Origin: Squalus acanthias
Lineage: Eukaryota
NCBI GenBank assembly: GCA_030390025.1
Contig: CM059438.1
Location: forward strand, 62,498,001-62,562,000
Length of the DNA: 64,000 nt
Reading direction: 5' to 3'
Below, piece by piece: positions 62,771 through 64,000 of the stretch; position 1 is the first letter of the stretch; each line of letters starts with the position of its first letter. The translations under genes and the position numbers were made by a program. The notes beneath the pieces are model-generated. The model saw only the letters and a list, made by a program, of their open reading frames with translations, did no database searches and was not told the origin of the DNA.

Positions 62771-64000
62771 TCAGACAAAAGCAAAATACTGCGGATGCTG
62801 GAAATCTGAAATAAAAACAGTGGAAACACTCAGCGGTTCTGGCAGGACCTGCAGAGAGAGAGAAACAGTCAACGTTTCAGGTCGTTGACCTTTCATCCTC
62901 CATGTCCATCAACTTGAATGTCTTGTTGAGTAGCCTAAGGTTAAAATCCTATTTTGTGAAACTGAATGCAGCAAAATTTAAAGGAAAAGAAAGTTGCAGG
63001 GCCATGGGGAAAGAGCAGGGGAGCGGGACTAATTTCCCATGCTTTCAAAGAGCCGGCACAGGCACGATGGGCCGAATGGCCTCCTTCTGTGCTGCATGTA
63101 ATCTGATAAGTTACGGGCTAGCGCCAGAAGAAGTGACCATGGAAGATGCCAGATTGCTATTTTTTTTAAAAAAAACAACTAATGTCCTTCAGGGAAGGGA
63201 ACCTGGTCTTCCTACACCTGATTCCGGTCCTATGTTATGTGGTTGACTTTTAATGCTGTCGAACCTAAGGAAGCTGCTCCGTGGTTACACAGTTGTTTCA
63301 CTACCATTTCAAGGCAACTGGAAACGGATAATAAATTGCAGAGTCGCCCACTTCCTAAAACCAGATAAAAACACAAAATAAATAGAATCATACAATCATA
63401 TAATCGAGTCTGTGCCGGCCCTTTCGAAGAGCAATCCAGTTAGTCCCACTCCCCCTGCTGTTTCCCCATATCCCTGCGATTTTTTCCCTTTTAAGTATTT
63501 ATCCAATTCCCTTTTGAAAACTCCCATTGAATTTGTTTCCACCACCCTTTAAGGCAGTGCATTCCAAATCCTAACCACTCGTTGTGTAATAAAAAAGTTT
63601 TTCCTCATGTCACCTCTGGTTCTTTTGCCAATCACCTTAAATCTGTGCCCTCTATCTACACCCTTTCTGATTTTAAACACTGCAGTTCTACTTACATGTC
63701 GGTGAATGCTATCGGAATTGACTTTTTTTATTCGTTTGTGGAATGTGGGCGTCGCTGGCCAGGCCGGCATTTGCCCATCCCTAATTGCCCTTGAGAAGGT
63801 GGTGGTGAGCTGCCTTCTTGAACCGCTGCAGTCCATGTGGTGATGGTACTCCCACAGTGCTGTTAGGGAGGGAGTTCCTGGATTTTGACCCAGCAACGAT
63901 GAAGGATCGGCGATATATTCCCAAGTCAGGATGGTGTGTGACTTGGAGGGGAACTTGGAGGTGGTGGTGTTCCCATGCGCCTGCTGCCCTTGTCCTTCTA

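Noticed and set aside
44800..64000. Exons of expected neighbour genes (npdc1, fut7, tcf19)
   Set aside because: No ORF-track peptide here or upstream resembled them; short exons under 60 codons could have been missed.

Overview
Repeat-rich vertebrate genomic DNA, almost certainly from an elasmobranch (shark/ray), judging by HE1-type V-SINEs, SacSINE1/Deu-type SINEs and CR1/L2 LINEs. The only host gene I can support is an intact five-exon class V POU (Oct4-family) transcription factor on the + strand: CDS join 24540-25199, 25841-25952, 33643-33773, 34726-34890, 38801-39046; 437 aa; all introns GT-AG with consistent phases. It shows a mix of POU5F1-like and POU5F3-like residues, so the paralogue is unresolved (I lean pou5f1). 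The most striking structure is a set of about 12 minimal type I hammerhead ribozyme motifs in two families, carried in the terminal repeats of Penelope-like (GIY-YIG) retroelements. Several sit in short fold-back insertions with 10-14 bp target-site duplications, their stems covary between copies, and one lies sense-strand in intron 2 of the POU5 gene. The remainder is CR1/L2/RTE LINE fragments, SINEs, GC-rich MITE-like elements and minisatellites. Repeat family names come from my recognition of the sequence, not a database search, and repeat boundaries are approximate.
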